Notes under the pieces: generated by a model
The model's database searches: none
What the model was told of the DNA's origin: nothing
What the model saw: the letters and a program-made list of their open reading frames with translations, nothing else
Source: Coraliomargarita sp.
Lineage (GTDB): Bacteria > Verrucomicrobiota > Verrucomicrobiia > Opitutales > Coraliomargaritaceae
NCBI GenBank assembly: GCA_965216325.1
Contig: OZ244160.1
Span: 672,001-736,000 of the forward strand
DNA length: 64,000 bases
Direction: 5' to 3'
Translations under genes and position numbers: made by a program
Shown: piece after piece, positions 9,261 to 18,909 of the stretch
How the letters are laid out: the number at the start of each line of letters is the position of its first letter
How positions within the stretch are numbered: position 1 is the stretch's first letter

Positions 9261-10886
9261 ATGCCACACAACGTAGCCCACTTCTTATCCGAACAAGCCG
9301 GAGTGAATCCGGATAATCCTGCAGTGCGTGCGCCCAATGGTCGAAACCTGAATGGATCGATCCGTTATGTGGAGCGGAGCTTTGCTGAGCTTGAAGCGGA
9401 GGCTTCGGCGACGGCACAGTATTTCTCGTCTGAAGGTATACGGCGGGGGACGCGTGTGTTGCTGATGGTCAAGCCCGGGCTGGATCTGATTCGGATTGTA
9501 TTTGCCTTATTCAAAATTGGAGCCGTGCCAATTGTGATTGATCCGGGCATGGGACTGAAGAAGTTTTTGCGTTGTGTGCGACACTCTAAGCCGGAGGCAT
9601 TGGTGGGTATCCCGGCAGCGATTTGGGTCGGCCGTCTGTTTCGGCCAAGCTTTCGTGGTGTGGACATCCGCGTTGCGGTGAATGGTGGCTTTGAGCGGCG
9701 AATCCGGCAGTTTGAGCCAGAGGGGAGTTTTCCGGTGGTGGACTCTGCCGCAAGTGAGCTGGCTGCAATATTATTTACCTCGGGCTCTACTGGACCGGCT
9801 AAGGGTGTGTGTTACGAGCATGGCATGTTTGCTGCGCAGGTGGACTCAATTGGTAAGCAATACGAAATTCAGGCAGGAGAGATTGATCTGCCGATGTTGC
9901 CGGTGTTTGCACTTTTTAATCCGGCGCTGGGTATGTGCACCGTGGTGCCGGAGATGAACCCAAGCCGCCCAGCGACTGTAGATCCGGAAAAGATCGTTCG
10001 AGCGATTCAACAGAATCAGGTGACTAACAGCTTTGGCTCACCGGCTTTATGGACCAAGATCGCGCGTTACTGTGAGGCGCAGAACGAAACCCTTCCTAGC
10101 ATTAAGCGCATCCTGATGGCTGGTGCGCCGGTCCCACCTGCCTTGATGGAACAGATGCGTTCGATCATACCCAATGGTGAAATCCATACCCCGTATGGCG
10201 CGACCGAGGCGCTACCGGTCAGTTCGATTTCGGCGATTGAAGTGTTGACCGATACGGCGGCACGCACCCAGCAGGGCGATGGCACTTGTGTCGGTGGAGC
10301 ATTGCCTGGTGTCGATGTGCGAATTATTCAACCTGTGGACGGGCCGATTCGAAGCATTGAGGATGTGTCTGACTGCAATTCCGGTGAGGTCGGGGAAATT
10401 ATTGTGCGTGGTCCGTCGGTGACGAAAGGATACGACGCACTACCTGAGGCTGATGCGAATTCGAAGATCGCGGACGGCGATCGGCATTGGCACCGCATGG
10501 GCGATATGGGGTGGATCGGTTCGAAGAATCGCTTGTGGTTTTGTGGGCGCAAAGCCGAGCGTGTCCTGACTGTTGAGGGACCACGTTACACGGATTGTTG
10601 TGAGGCGATCTTTAATCAGCACCCGCAGGTGTTTCGTTCGGCATTGATCGATTTGGGGGGCGGTAAGCCGGGGATGGTTATCGAGCCGGAGAAGGGTGCA
10701 TTTCCTACGAAGCCTGCCGAGCGTGATGTATTCATTCAGTCACTACAGGAGCTAGCTCAATCGAATGCGATGACCGCTTTAGTGGAGACCTTTTTCTTTG
10801 AGCACAGCTTTCCGGTAGATGTGCGCCACAACGCGAAAATTCACCGATTGACGCTTGCCGAGAAGTATCGGAATGCGAATCTCTGA
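9261..10886 (+). CDS. oleC: Olefin beta-lactone synthetase (AMP-dependent ligase)
   Basis: Motifs IDPGMG, ILFTSGSTGPAKG, TPYGATEALPV, WHRMGD, WFCGRK, FPVDVRHNAKI; adjacent to oleD. Confidence 0.85.
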   Translation: MPHNVAHFLSEQAGVNPDNPAVRAPNGRNLNGSIRYVERSFAELEAEASATAQYFSSEGIRRGTRVLLMVKPGLDLIRIVFALFKIGAVPIVIDPGMGLKKFLRCVRHSKPEALVGIPAAIWVGRLFRPSFRGVDIRVAVNGGFERRIRQFEPEGSFPVVDSAASELAAILFTSGSTGPAKGVCYEHGMFAAQVDSIGKQYEIQAGEIDLPMLPVFALFNPALGMCTVVPEMNPSRPATVDPEKIVRAIQQNQVTNSFGSPALWTKIARYCEAQNETLPSIKRILMAGAPVPPALMEQMRSIIPNGEIHTPYGATEALPVSSISAIEVLTDTAARTQQGDGTCVGGALPGVDVRIIQPVDGPIRSIEDVSDCNSGEVGEIIVRGPSVTKGYDALPEADANSKIADGDRHWHRMGDMGWIGSKNRLWFCGRKAERVLTVEGPRYTDCCEAIFNQHPQVFRSALIDLGGGKPGMVIEPEKGAFPTKPAERDVFIQSLQELAQSNAMTALVETFFFEHSFPVDVRHNAKIHRLTLAEKYRNANL

Positions 10887-10889
10887 GGC

Positions 10890-11882
10890 ATGAAAGTCTT
10901 GGTAACTGGAGGCGGTGGATTTGTTGGCGGCTACGTAATTGAGCGCTTGCTCAAGCGTGGTTACACGGTGCGCTCGATCGGGCGCTCGGCACAGCCCGAG
11001 CTCGAAGCGCTTGGAGTCGAAGTAGTGCGTTGTGATTTGAGTGATGCTCTGGCCGTGCAGTCTGCCTGCGAGGGAATGGATGCCGTCTTTCATATCGCGG
11101 CGAAGGCAGGCGTTTGGGGTACTTGGGATAGCTTTTATCAGCCAAATGTGATCGGCACGCGTAATATTGTGGCAGCCTGTCAGGCCAATCAGATCGGACG
11201 CTTGATCTATACCAGCACGCCAAGTGTCGTGTTTAATGGTCAGCCGATTTCCGGTTTAAATGAGTCGATGCCTTATGGCCGCGATTGGTTGTGTCATTAC
11301 GCGCATACTAAAGCGATCGCCGAGGAGGAGGCACTCGCTGCAAATTCGGATGACTTGAAGGTGGTCGCTCTCAGGCCTCATTTGATTTTTGGGCCAGGAG
11401 ATCCTCATTTGCTGCCGCGTGTGATTGAGAGCGTTAAAGCAGGTCGTCTCAAGATCGTCGGTGATGGTCAGACGCGGGTCGATGTGTCCTATGTTGGCAA
11501 TGTGGCTGATGCGCACATTGATGCCTTCGATGCTCTGGGGCAGGGGAAGGGAGCCGGGAAGGCCTACTTTATTTCGCAAGGAGAGCCAGTGGAGCTCTGG
11601 CCATGGCTCAATGAGATTTTGGCAGGCCTTGGCCATGCGCCGCTGCGCAAACGAATTTCGCTCAAGAAAGCCTATGCGGCTGCTAGCGTGATTGAGGCAG
11701 TCTGGAAATTGTTCCGTCTGAAGGGGGAGCCGCCGATTACACGATTCGTGGCGGTAGAGTTGGCCAAAGACCATTATTTTGATATTGCCGCTGCGAGGCG
11801 GGACCTTGGCTACCAGGCCGAGGTGGAGATGCAATCCGCGCTCAAGGCGACTATCGGTGACCTGAAATTACGCGGGTTTTAG
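10890..11882 (+). CDS. oleD: 2-alkyl-3-oxoalkanoate reductase (NAD-dependent, 3-beta-HSD-like)
   Basis: Motifs TGGGGFVG, HIAAKAGVWG, YTSTPSVV, YAHTK, LRPHLIFGPGD. Confidence 0.85.
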   Translation: MKVLVTGGGGFVGGYVIERLLKRGYTVRSIGRSAQPELEALGVEVVRCDLSDALAVQSACEGMDAVFHIAAKAGVWGTWDSFYQPNVIGTRNIVAACQANQIGRLIYTSTPSVVFNGQPISGLNESMPYGRDWLCHYAHTKAIAEEEALAANSDDLKVVALRPHLIFGPGDPHLLPRVIESVKAGRLKIVGDGQTRVDVSYVGNVADAHIDAFDALGQGKGAGKAYFISQGEPVELWPWLNEILAGLGHAPLRKRISLKKAYAAASVIEAVWKLFRLKGEPPITRFVAVELAKDHYFDIAAARRDLGYQAEVEMQSALKATIGDLKLRGF

Positions 11883-11939
11883 TAGGGTATAGACACCATA
11901 TCGGTTGACATCGGTGCATCCTTGGCATCCTGTGTTGTT

Positions 11940-13253
11940 ATGCCCTCTGAGCCGATTGTTTCGATTGTTGTTCTGTGTGTGATTGTCGGATTGATCGCAA
12001 TCATTGTCTGGCAGCGCAAACAATTAGCACAGCGGGCGGTGGCGAAGCCCGATTCGACTGAGTCGGTCATGCCTGCAGATGGACCGATTGATAATCGTTC
12101 GCAGGCTCTGTTTGCCACGCTTTCGCATGAGTTGAGGACTCCACTGAACGGCTTGCTGGGTATTTCCCAGATGCTCAATGAAGAGCGCGAGGATGAAGAC
12201 ATTCAGGCAATTGAAGGCTGCGCACGGCACATGATCGCGGTGCTGCATACACTGGTGAATCTGTCTAAAATTCAGGCCGAATGGGACGACCTCCCTGAGT
12301 ATCGCGAGTGGGTCAATGTTTACGAGCTGACCGAGCAGTTGAAAAAGAATCTACAGTTTCGGGCACAGTTGCGCGGCTTGAGTTTAGAAGTGGTTCATCA
12401 GGATAAGTCAGTTCGTATTCGAGGCGATTGGGATCACTACCGCACAATTCTTGAGAATGCATTACTGGGGTCGATCGAAGGGGTGAATCTTTCGAAAGTG
12501 CCGACGGATCTTCAGCCGATGCGATTGACATGGGCTGCTCAGGGACAAGACGTTTTGATTTCGATTGCGAATCCGCTGGAGGAGTTTGATCCAAGTGCGA
12601 AGCAAAAAATCAATGATGCGTTTCCTATGACAACAGGCGCAAGTCATGCACGGATCAATATGCAGTATCTGTATGGTGCGGTGGCAACGGCGCTACTTGA
12701 AAAACATAATGGAGTCATGCTTACTAGCGAACTGGATAATGGTGGGGTGCAGACTAAGTTGAGTTTTGAGGCGGAACAGATGCAGGCCTCTGCCTCCAGT
12801 AATCTACCAGTCGGAGGTTTGAGTCTGAGTCAGCGTGCAAGCACGAATACGAAAAGTTCACTAAAAATTCCTGTGCAACTTTCTGTGTTGGTTGCGGAAG
12901 ATGACCCGATTGCTCGCAGCTTGATGGAGTCAGTGCTCAAGCATATGGGCCAAGAGGTGACTTTTGCGCTCAATGGCCGCGAAGTTTTGGAGCACATGAG
13001 TCAGTCCAAGTTCGACGTGATCCTAATGGATATTGATATGCCCTTGATGGATGGCGTCAGTGCTGCGATTGCACTGAGAAATGGTGAAGCGGGGGAGCTG
13101 GGTGGCCATATCCCGATTGTTGCAGTGACGGCCTTTAGCACGCTATCAGATCAGGGGAAGTTTAAGAATGCAGGGATGGATTATTTCTTACCCAAGCCAG
13201 TGCGCTTGAAGGAGCTGCGACGCGTTCTCGTAGAGGTTATCCGTAAGGAATAG
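11940..13253 (+). CDS. Membrane-anchored hybrid sensor (HisKA, degenerate HATPase, receiver)
   Basis: N-terminal TM segment; H-box SHELRTPLNG; receiver VAEDD...LMDIDMP...VTA...PKP. Confidence 0.85.
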   Translation: MPSEPIVSIVVLCVIVGLIAIIVWQRKQLAQRAVAKPDSTESVMPADGPIDNRSQALFATLSHELRTPLNGLLGISQMLNEEREDEDIQAIEGCARHMIAVLHTLVNLSKIQAEWDDLPEYREWVNVYELTEQLKKNLQFRAQLRGLSLEVVHQDKSVRIRGDWDHYRTILENALLGSIEGVNLSKVPTDLQPMRLTWAAQGQDVLISIANPLEEFDPSAKQKINDAFPMTTGASHARINMQYLYGAVATALLEKHNGVMLTSELDNGGVQTKLSFEAEQMQASASSNLPVGGLSLSQRASTNTKSSLKIPVQLSVLVAEDDPIARSLMESVLKHMGQEVTFALNGREVLEHMSQSKFDVILMDIDMPLMDGVSAAIALRNGEAGELGGHIPIVAVTAFSTLSDQGKFKNAGMDYFLPKPVRLKELRRVLVEVIRKE

Positions 13254-13545
13254 CATATTGCGACAGTTGAGTAACGTAGTGTAAATCGGGTCTGTGTGCT
13301 GTTTTCCGGATTGAATGTAAAAGAATTCTGATCACCTAGGTGGGTGCAGTAAAAACACGTAGCGAGCCTCTAGTTTGAGTAAGGCGATTGCTTTGCTGAT
13401 CGAATACGTGATTCAACGTAGCGATTCAATTCGAGTAAAAAATCTATTTATCAGATGTAAGAAAAGTATGTAAGTGATTGACCAGGAGTGTTCTGGGTTG
13501 ATTGGGCGGTTCGAAGCTGTGGGCTTTGGATAAACACTTAGCTCA

Positions 13546-16500
13546 ATGAAATTCCCCCTTACCCTAAACTCAGTGCTTCTACGTATTCTTCCCGCGGCTG
13601 CTCTCATCGCTGCCGGACTGACCACATCGCTAAACGCAGATCTAGCCCCCGAGGGGTATCGCGAACGGTGGGTTAATGGTATCACACAATTTGGCATAGG
13701 CCCGGCGAAGCATGCTAGATCTGAGTTTAGTAAGGCCTTAGATGGCGAAACAAAGACCACTTACATTACAGCTAAGGTCCCCGGGCCTGTCTTTGTTGGT
13801 TATGACCTTGGTAAGCCCGCAAAGCCTCTTATCCTTCGATATAAGCCACGGAAAGGTTTTGAGAGTCATCTGGTGGGAGGCCAATTTCAGGGCTCCAATG
13901 AAAGTCCCTACACTGGCTATGTGACCTTGCATGAGGTTGGTGTGAAGCCATCAAAGAAATGGCAGACGGTTTCGTTGAATGTAGAAGGCAGCTATCGCTA
14001 CTTCCGCTATCTGGCCCCGCATGGTCGCCGCGGGCATCTCAATGAGTTTATATTTGATGTTGAGTATTCAGAGCCTGAGTCTGAGCTGGCACCTGTATTA
14101 CCTCCATCCTTGGGGCTGACTCCGGGACCCGAGTTAACACCGGATCCTGAGGCTGCGGCACTCAGCCTTTCAGCGAAATCAATTGGTCAGCAAGGTGTAT
14201 CGTTTGTATTTGATTTAGCCAAAGCTGAGCGTGTCTCAGCCGCAGTATATGATCAGAATGATCGTCAGGTTAGGACATTGCTATATGGAGAAGAATTCAG
14301 TTCGGGGCTGCACAAATTACTCTGGGATGGATTGGACCGGAATGGCCAAGCGGTCGCTGCAGGTGACTATACCTTGAAGTTGTTACGCTCGAACGGTCTG
14401 AAGGCAGAGTATATTACGTCGCTTGGAATCAATCCGGACTCGAATCCTTATGACACATGGGTGGGCAATCATGATGGGGCTGCATCTGTTGCAGTGGATT
14501 CCACGGGAATGTATATTGCCGCGCAAAAAACGGAAACGGCACCGGTCTTGTTGAAGCAGAGTTTGGATGGCACTGTGCGTCACTGGACTGTCACTCGGAA
14601 CGATGTAACTGAAGGGCGTTTTCAAGGAGGGATCTCGCTGGCGACCGATAAGGCCGGGCGCGTTTTCATGTTGCAGCAGAATGGTTGGTTGCAGGTGATC
14701 CGTGCTTCGGATGGTGATTTACGCGATAGTTGGGATGTCTTGCCCGCAAACGTAAGCCGCTCCAGTGCTACCTATGAGCTGCTCTATGAGCATAGTGAAA
14801 CTCGTGTGGCCGAGGCGGACTTGGCCTTTGGTGCTTCGACGCTGGTCGTCAGTTTTCGTGACGAAAATCTCATTCGCTGGGTTGATCCCGAATCGGGTGT
14901 CATTTTGGCCGATATTAGCGTGGCTGAGCCACGAGGGCTTGCAGTGTCCAACAAGGGAGAAGTCTATGTTGTCTCGGGCAGTCATATCCTGCGCGTTGAA
15001 AGTAATGGCTCAACTCAGGTCATCGTTAGCGCGGAGTTAGCTGCTCCGCAGCGAATTTGTATTGATATCGACAATACACTGTTGGTTACCGATGGCGTTA
15101 CCAATACACAGGTGAAGCGTTTCTCCCTGTCCGGTGAATTGCTCGCGACGTATGGGCACTCAGAAGGCCGCGGCATGGGTGCTTATATTGCGTCGGATTA
15201 TTATGCCGTCCGCGACATTACCTCAGATGGACAGGGTGGGTATTTGATCTCTGAGCCAGAATGTCCGCCGCGGCGCATCGCACATTTTCAGGGCGATGGA
15301 ACGGTCTTGAACGAATGGTATGGTGGACAGCCCTATTATGCCTGGGCAGAGCCGGATCCGCGTGATTCCAGTAAGGTCTGGGTCTTTAGCGGAGATGGTT
15401 TAATCTTTGCTGAAGTTGATTTTGATCAGCATGATTGGCGTGTCCTCGAGACTTGGGATGTCGGTGCTTTGACGAATGGTTTGATGAAGCACGACGATGG
15501 GCACGTGGCTCGATGGCGTGTGCTGTATTCAGGTGAGCAATGTTTTTTGGTCAGTGAGGAGGAGCCACAAGTCCTACGCCGCGAGCCTGGCAAGTTGATT
15601 CCCTATTCAGTCTCTAGTAATGACTCGGACGAGCTGGCTCGGGCGATTGAAATTGCGGGTTGGACTAGTTCGGCCAAATCTTTCCGCTGGTTGGATACGA
15701 ACGGAGATGGCATTCCGCAGCCGGCAGAGTTTACATTCTCAGGCAGTAGTTCAGAGCCCAAAGGAGAGCATGTCGCCAGTGATTTTTCCTTATTGGACTA
15801 TGACCGAAGCAGCACTTCGTTTGCAGTGGTCAGAACAGAGCCGAAGTGGACGCAGTTTGGTCCTTACTATCCGGTTGGCGGGGAGGCCGGTATGGATACG
15901 ACCGTCGCTGAAACAGCAACTATCAGTCGTGCGGGAACGCGTGGTAGTGGAGTCTATCGTGATGCGGAGGGCGCATACTATGGGCATTTCAATATCGACA
16001 ATGAAGCGCATGGTATGGCGTGGCCGACCTATTGGGCGGGGATCTCGCGTTTTGTTAAATGGAGTGAGTCCGGAGATGAATTATGGAGTGTGGGGCGGCA
16101 TGCCTATCATGGTGGCTTAGCTGGCACGACGAATAGCCGAGCCTATTTGAAGACGCCAAATGGGCAGATGCATGTGCCATCTCGAGTGATTGGAGAGACC
16201 GAGAATGCAGTGGTATTGGCAGACCGGGTTGAATCGATGGGCACTGTTTGGACGAAAGATGGTCTCTATGTTGGAGCCTTACTCGAAGATCGTATTGAGG
16301 ATGGCTTACCGGACTCTGTGTATTCATGGAATGTGACTGCAACTGGAGCTGATGCGATCACTACGACCGATAACGCTACGGGCGGGAGTCTCTGCCAATA
16401 TCCTGACGGGAGAGTCGTCTGGCTCACACAGGGGCGCAACAGTGTGCCGATGTATGCAATAACTGGCTGGGGTGAGTGGGCACGTTCAGAACTCGGTTTC

Positions 16501-17454
16501 ACTTTGGAGTCCTCAGCTGTGCAGGCAAAGGCTGCTGGGAATGGTTTACTGGCTCACTACTTCAACGGCGCGAATTTTGATGCAGCCGCAGGCTCCCGCA
16601 CGGAGACTCAGGTGTGGCATGGCTTAAATGTAAACGCGGCTGAGTGGGACGAGGTGATCGATGGCTTCAACGGAGCTATCTATGATTGGACAAATGGTGC
16701 TGAGTATGTTGATAGTTCGAAACCATTTTCGGTGCGTTGGATGGGGGAACTCGAAGCACCCACAACCGAATCCTTTACCTTCTCAGTGTATGCCAGAGGT
16801 GGCGCGCGACTGTGGCTAAATGGTCGTCAAATACTCTTCCATTGGAATGAGATGAGCGCTCGGTTGGAGTCCGAACCGATTGATTTGTTCGCCGCAGAGC
16901 GTTACCATATTCAATTGGATTATTATACAACGAGTGCGGATGCCGCGGTAAGTTTGAATTGGGAGTCGATGAGTATCGACCGCCAGCGTATTCCGACCAA
17001 GTATCTATATGCCACGTCGGGGGTAGCCGTAGAAACCGCATCGCGAACAACTCGTGACACGCTGCTTGCTTCCAGCTTTGAGGTCGCTTCCTCTGGAATT
17101 CTCGATTCCGATGTCGATGTGTATTCGGTTCAAGGCTTACGCCAACGGTCGTTTGGTCAATCAGGTGCCTTCCTTGGCTATGAACGCGTTCTATTCTCGG
17201 GCAAAGAAACTCAGTTGGTTGTGCATGGGACTGGTGAGGAATCAGGCGACCATCTTGATTTTGATGTCACTCTGGAAGTTCGTTTGGGTAGCCCGAATGG
17301 AAGCTTACTCGCAGAAGTCATCATGCCGAAAACAATCGACACTGTATCGGTTCCACTGAGCACAGTCCTCAGCGGAGAGCATGACTTATATATCGTTAAC
17401 CGGACGACGGATGAGTGGCATTATATTGAGCTGCGCTGGATCCGTTTTGAATAA
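13546..17454 (+). CDS. Large secreted multidomain protein (galactose-binding-like, FlgD-Ig, beta-propeller/NHL, PA14, CBM6-like)
   Basis: Signal peptide; YRYFRY; VRTL...WDGLDRNG...GDY (FlgD-Ig); PRGLAV-type repeats; DTNGDG Ca-binding motif; GLLAHYF...FSVRWMG...GARLWLNG (PA14); C-terminal LEVRLGSPNG...GEHDLY. Confidence 0.75.
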   Translation: MKFPLTLNSVLLRILPAAALIAAGLTTSLNADLAPEGYRERWVNGITQFGIGPAKHARSEFSKALDGETKTTYITAKVPGPVFVGYDLGKPAKPLILRYKPRKGFESHLVGGQFQGSNESPYTGYVTLHEVGVKPSKKWQTVSLNVEGSYRYFRYLAPHGRRGHLNEFIFDVEYSEPESELAPVLPPSLGLTPGPELTPDPEAAALSLSAKSIGQQGVSFVFDLAKAERVSAAVYDQNDRQVRTLLYGEEFSSGLHKLLWDGLDRNGQAVAAGDYTLKLLRSNGLKAEYITSLGINPDSNPYDTWVGNHDGAASVAVDSTGMYIAAQKTETAPVLLKQSLDGTVRHWTVTRNDVTEGRFQGGISLATDKAGRVFMLQQNGWLQVIRASDGDLRDSWDVLPANVSRSSATYELLYEHSETRVAEADLAFGASTLVVSFRDENLIRWVDPESGVILADISVAEPRGLAVSNKGEVYVVSGSHILRVESNGSTQVIVSAELAAPQRICIDIDNTLLVTDGVTNTQVKRFSLSGELLATYGHSEGRGMGAYIASDYYAVRDITSDGQGGYLISEPECPPRRIAHFQGDGTVLNEWYGGQPYYAWAEPDPRDSSKVWVFSGDGLIFAEVDFDQHDWRVLETWDVGALTNGLMKHDDGHVARWRVLYSGEQCFLVSEEEPQVLRREPGKLIPYSVSSNDSDELARAIEIAGWTSSAKSFRWLDTNGDGIPQPAEFTFSGSSSEPKGEHVASDFSLLDYDRSSTSFAVVRTEPKWTQFGPYYPVGGEAGMDTTVAETATISRAGTRGSGVYRDAEGAYYGHFNIDNEAHGMAWPTYWAGISRFVKWSESGDELWSVGRHAYHGGLAGTTNSRAYLKTPNGQMHVPSRVIGETENAVVLADRVESMGTVWTKDGLYVGALLEDRIEDGLPDSVYSWNVTATGADAITTTDNATGGSLCQYPDGRVVWLTQGRNSVPMYAITGWGEWARSELGFTLESSAVQAKAAGNGLLAHYFNGANFDAAAGSRTETQVWHGLNVNAAEWDEVIDGFNGAIYDWTNGAEYVDSSKPFSVRWMGELEAPTTESFTFSVYARGGARLWLNGRQILFHWNEMSARLESEPIDLFAAERYHIQLDYYTTSADAAVSLNWESMSIDRQRIPTKYLYATSGVAVETASRTTRDTLLASSFEVASSGILDSDVDVYSVQGLRQRSFGQSGAFLGYERVLFSGKETQLVVHGTGEESGDHLDFDVTLEVRLGSPNGSLLAEVIMPKTIDTVSVPLSTVLSGEHDLYIVNRTTDEWHYIELRWIRFE

Positions 17455-17475
17455 GCCGGGGTGTTTCGCCGAGAG

Positions 17476-18651
17476 CTAAGACTTCAGTCCAATTTTTCGT
17501 AATAGACGTCCACCCAGTATCTTTATCTGAGCTGAGAAGTATTCGCCCACCAGCCTGAGAAATAAGCGGTGTTCACCTTTGCCGCACCAGAAGATTGAGA
17601 CGTCTTTGCGAAATGGGTTCGCTTTCACCAGTGCGCGAGCAAAGCCCTTGTTAAACATAAACTCAATGGACTGTGGCATCATCCAGACGATACGTCCCGA
17701 ACCCGCGGCTTCGGGCTGTTCCTCGCCACCGGTGAGGCTCGTATACAGGGCTTGATCGACTTCAATTCCCTCTAGGTGCATCGCTGGCACCGTTGTGGTG
17801 CAGCGCCCAAGATGTGGATCAATGAGTCTGTAGTCGCCAGGTGAGCGCTCGATCCAGTCGAATCCTGTGATACCACTGATTTTACCCGCGTTGGCAATCT
17901 GCTTACAGATTTCACCGAGTGCATGTTGTTTGGTGAACTGCCTCAGTGCAGAAGGGCCAAGTCCACCAGCCAAGCAGGCAAATTTCTCCGAAGAGCAGTG
18001 GGCGTAGACTTTGCCATCTTTACAGATGAAAGTGGTCGAGCCGAGTGGTCCGGAGCTATATTCCTGCACGACCCAAGTCTCTGAGATCGAAGGATCCAAG
18101 CTCTCTAACTGCTGTTCGAGTTCGGTCTCACTATTTAGGACAAAGACAGTCTTGCCCCCTGAGCCAACGGCTCCTTTGAGAACGAGTGGATACCCAATTT
18201 TTGCTGCGTGTTCCATGATCTCAGAAATATTCTCGGCAATATACGCCTTGGGGACAGGAATCGAATGTGCGACACACCATTTGTGAAATTCGACCTTATC
18301 GGTTGAAGCTTCGAAGAGGCCGGAATCTTTAGGGAAGGGCAGATAGGGCTGTAGGGCATGATGGTCGGACTCCTTATAGAGGAGTGCACGCGCGGGTTCG
18401 TCGACGCAGATTACGGCATCATAATTTCGCTGCTCAATAGCACTGAGCAGGGTCGGTAGAAAGCTATCCGGATTCTCAAAAGGCATATGTTTCCTCAACC
18501 ATGCAGAGTGACGAATTACGTGGTCGGGAGGGCTCATGGCGTCTACGGTAATGAGTTTGTTTTTGCCCAATGCCCATGGATATGCAGTGAAGCTGCTGCT
18601 AAAACGCCCGTAGATTAATAAGACGTTAACTGCTGACCTGTTATTGCCCAT
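17476..18651 (-). CDS. ATP-grasp domain protein
   Basis: Motifs DK...IPVPK, GYPLVLKG..GSGGK, VVQEY, GITGFDW. Confidence 0.8.
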   Translation of the reverse strand: MGNNRSAVNVLLIYGRFSSSFTAYPWALGKNKLITVDAMSPPDHVIRHSAWLRKHMPFENPDSFLPTLLSAIEQRNYDAVICVDEPARALLYKESDHHALQPYLPFPKDSGLFEASTDKVEFHKWCVAHSIPVPKAYIAENISEIMEHAAKIGYPLVLKGAVGSGGKTVFVLNSETELEQQLESLDPSISETWVVQEYSSGPLGSTTFICKDGKVYAHCSSEKFACLAGGLGPSALRQFTKQHALGEICKQIANAGKISGITGFDWIERSPGDYRLIDPHLGRCTTTVPAMHLEGIEVDQALYTSLTGGEEQPEAAGSGRIVWMMPQSIEFMFNKGFARALVKANPFRKDVSIFWCGKGEHRLFLRLVGEYFSAQIKILGGRLLRKIGLKS

Positions 18652-18909
18652 ATTCGCTACTATCGTCGTGGTGACGGAACTAAGGCAAGCGAATAGCGGG
18701 GCGCGTAGTGCTCCGGGGGCGCGGATTGATTCTGTCTCGACTTATATGGGCGAATTCAGAATCTTTGTTAATGGCTACGAGCGATGCTGCGCACATAGTC
18801 ACATTCTCGTCACTTACTAACCCATTACGCTCAGGAATCCTATAGCCATCTGTATGCTTCAATTTGCAGTCATTACTGAGTGCGGCGCTGCTGTTAAGAT
18901 CGATTCTGT

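Noticed and set aside
13381..13397. Possible sigma-54 promoter AAGGCGATTGCTTTGCT upstream of the large secreted protein
   Set aside because: GG-N10-GC spacing fits but the -24 element deviates from TGGCAC; too weak without TSS data.
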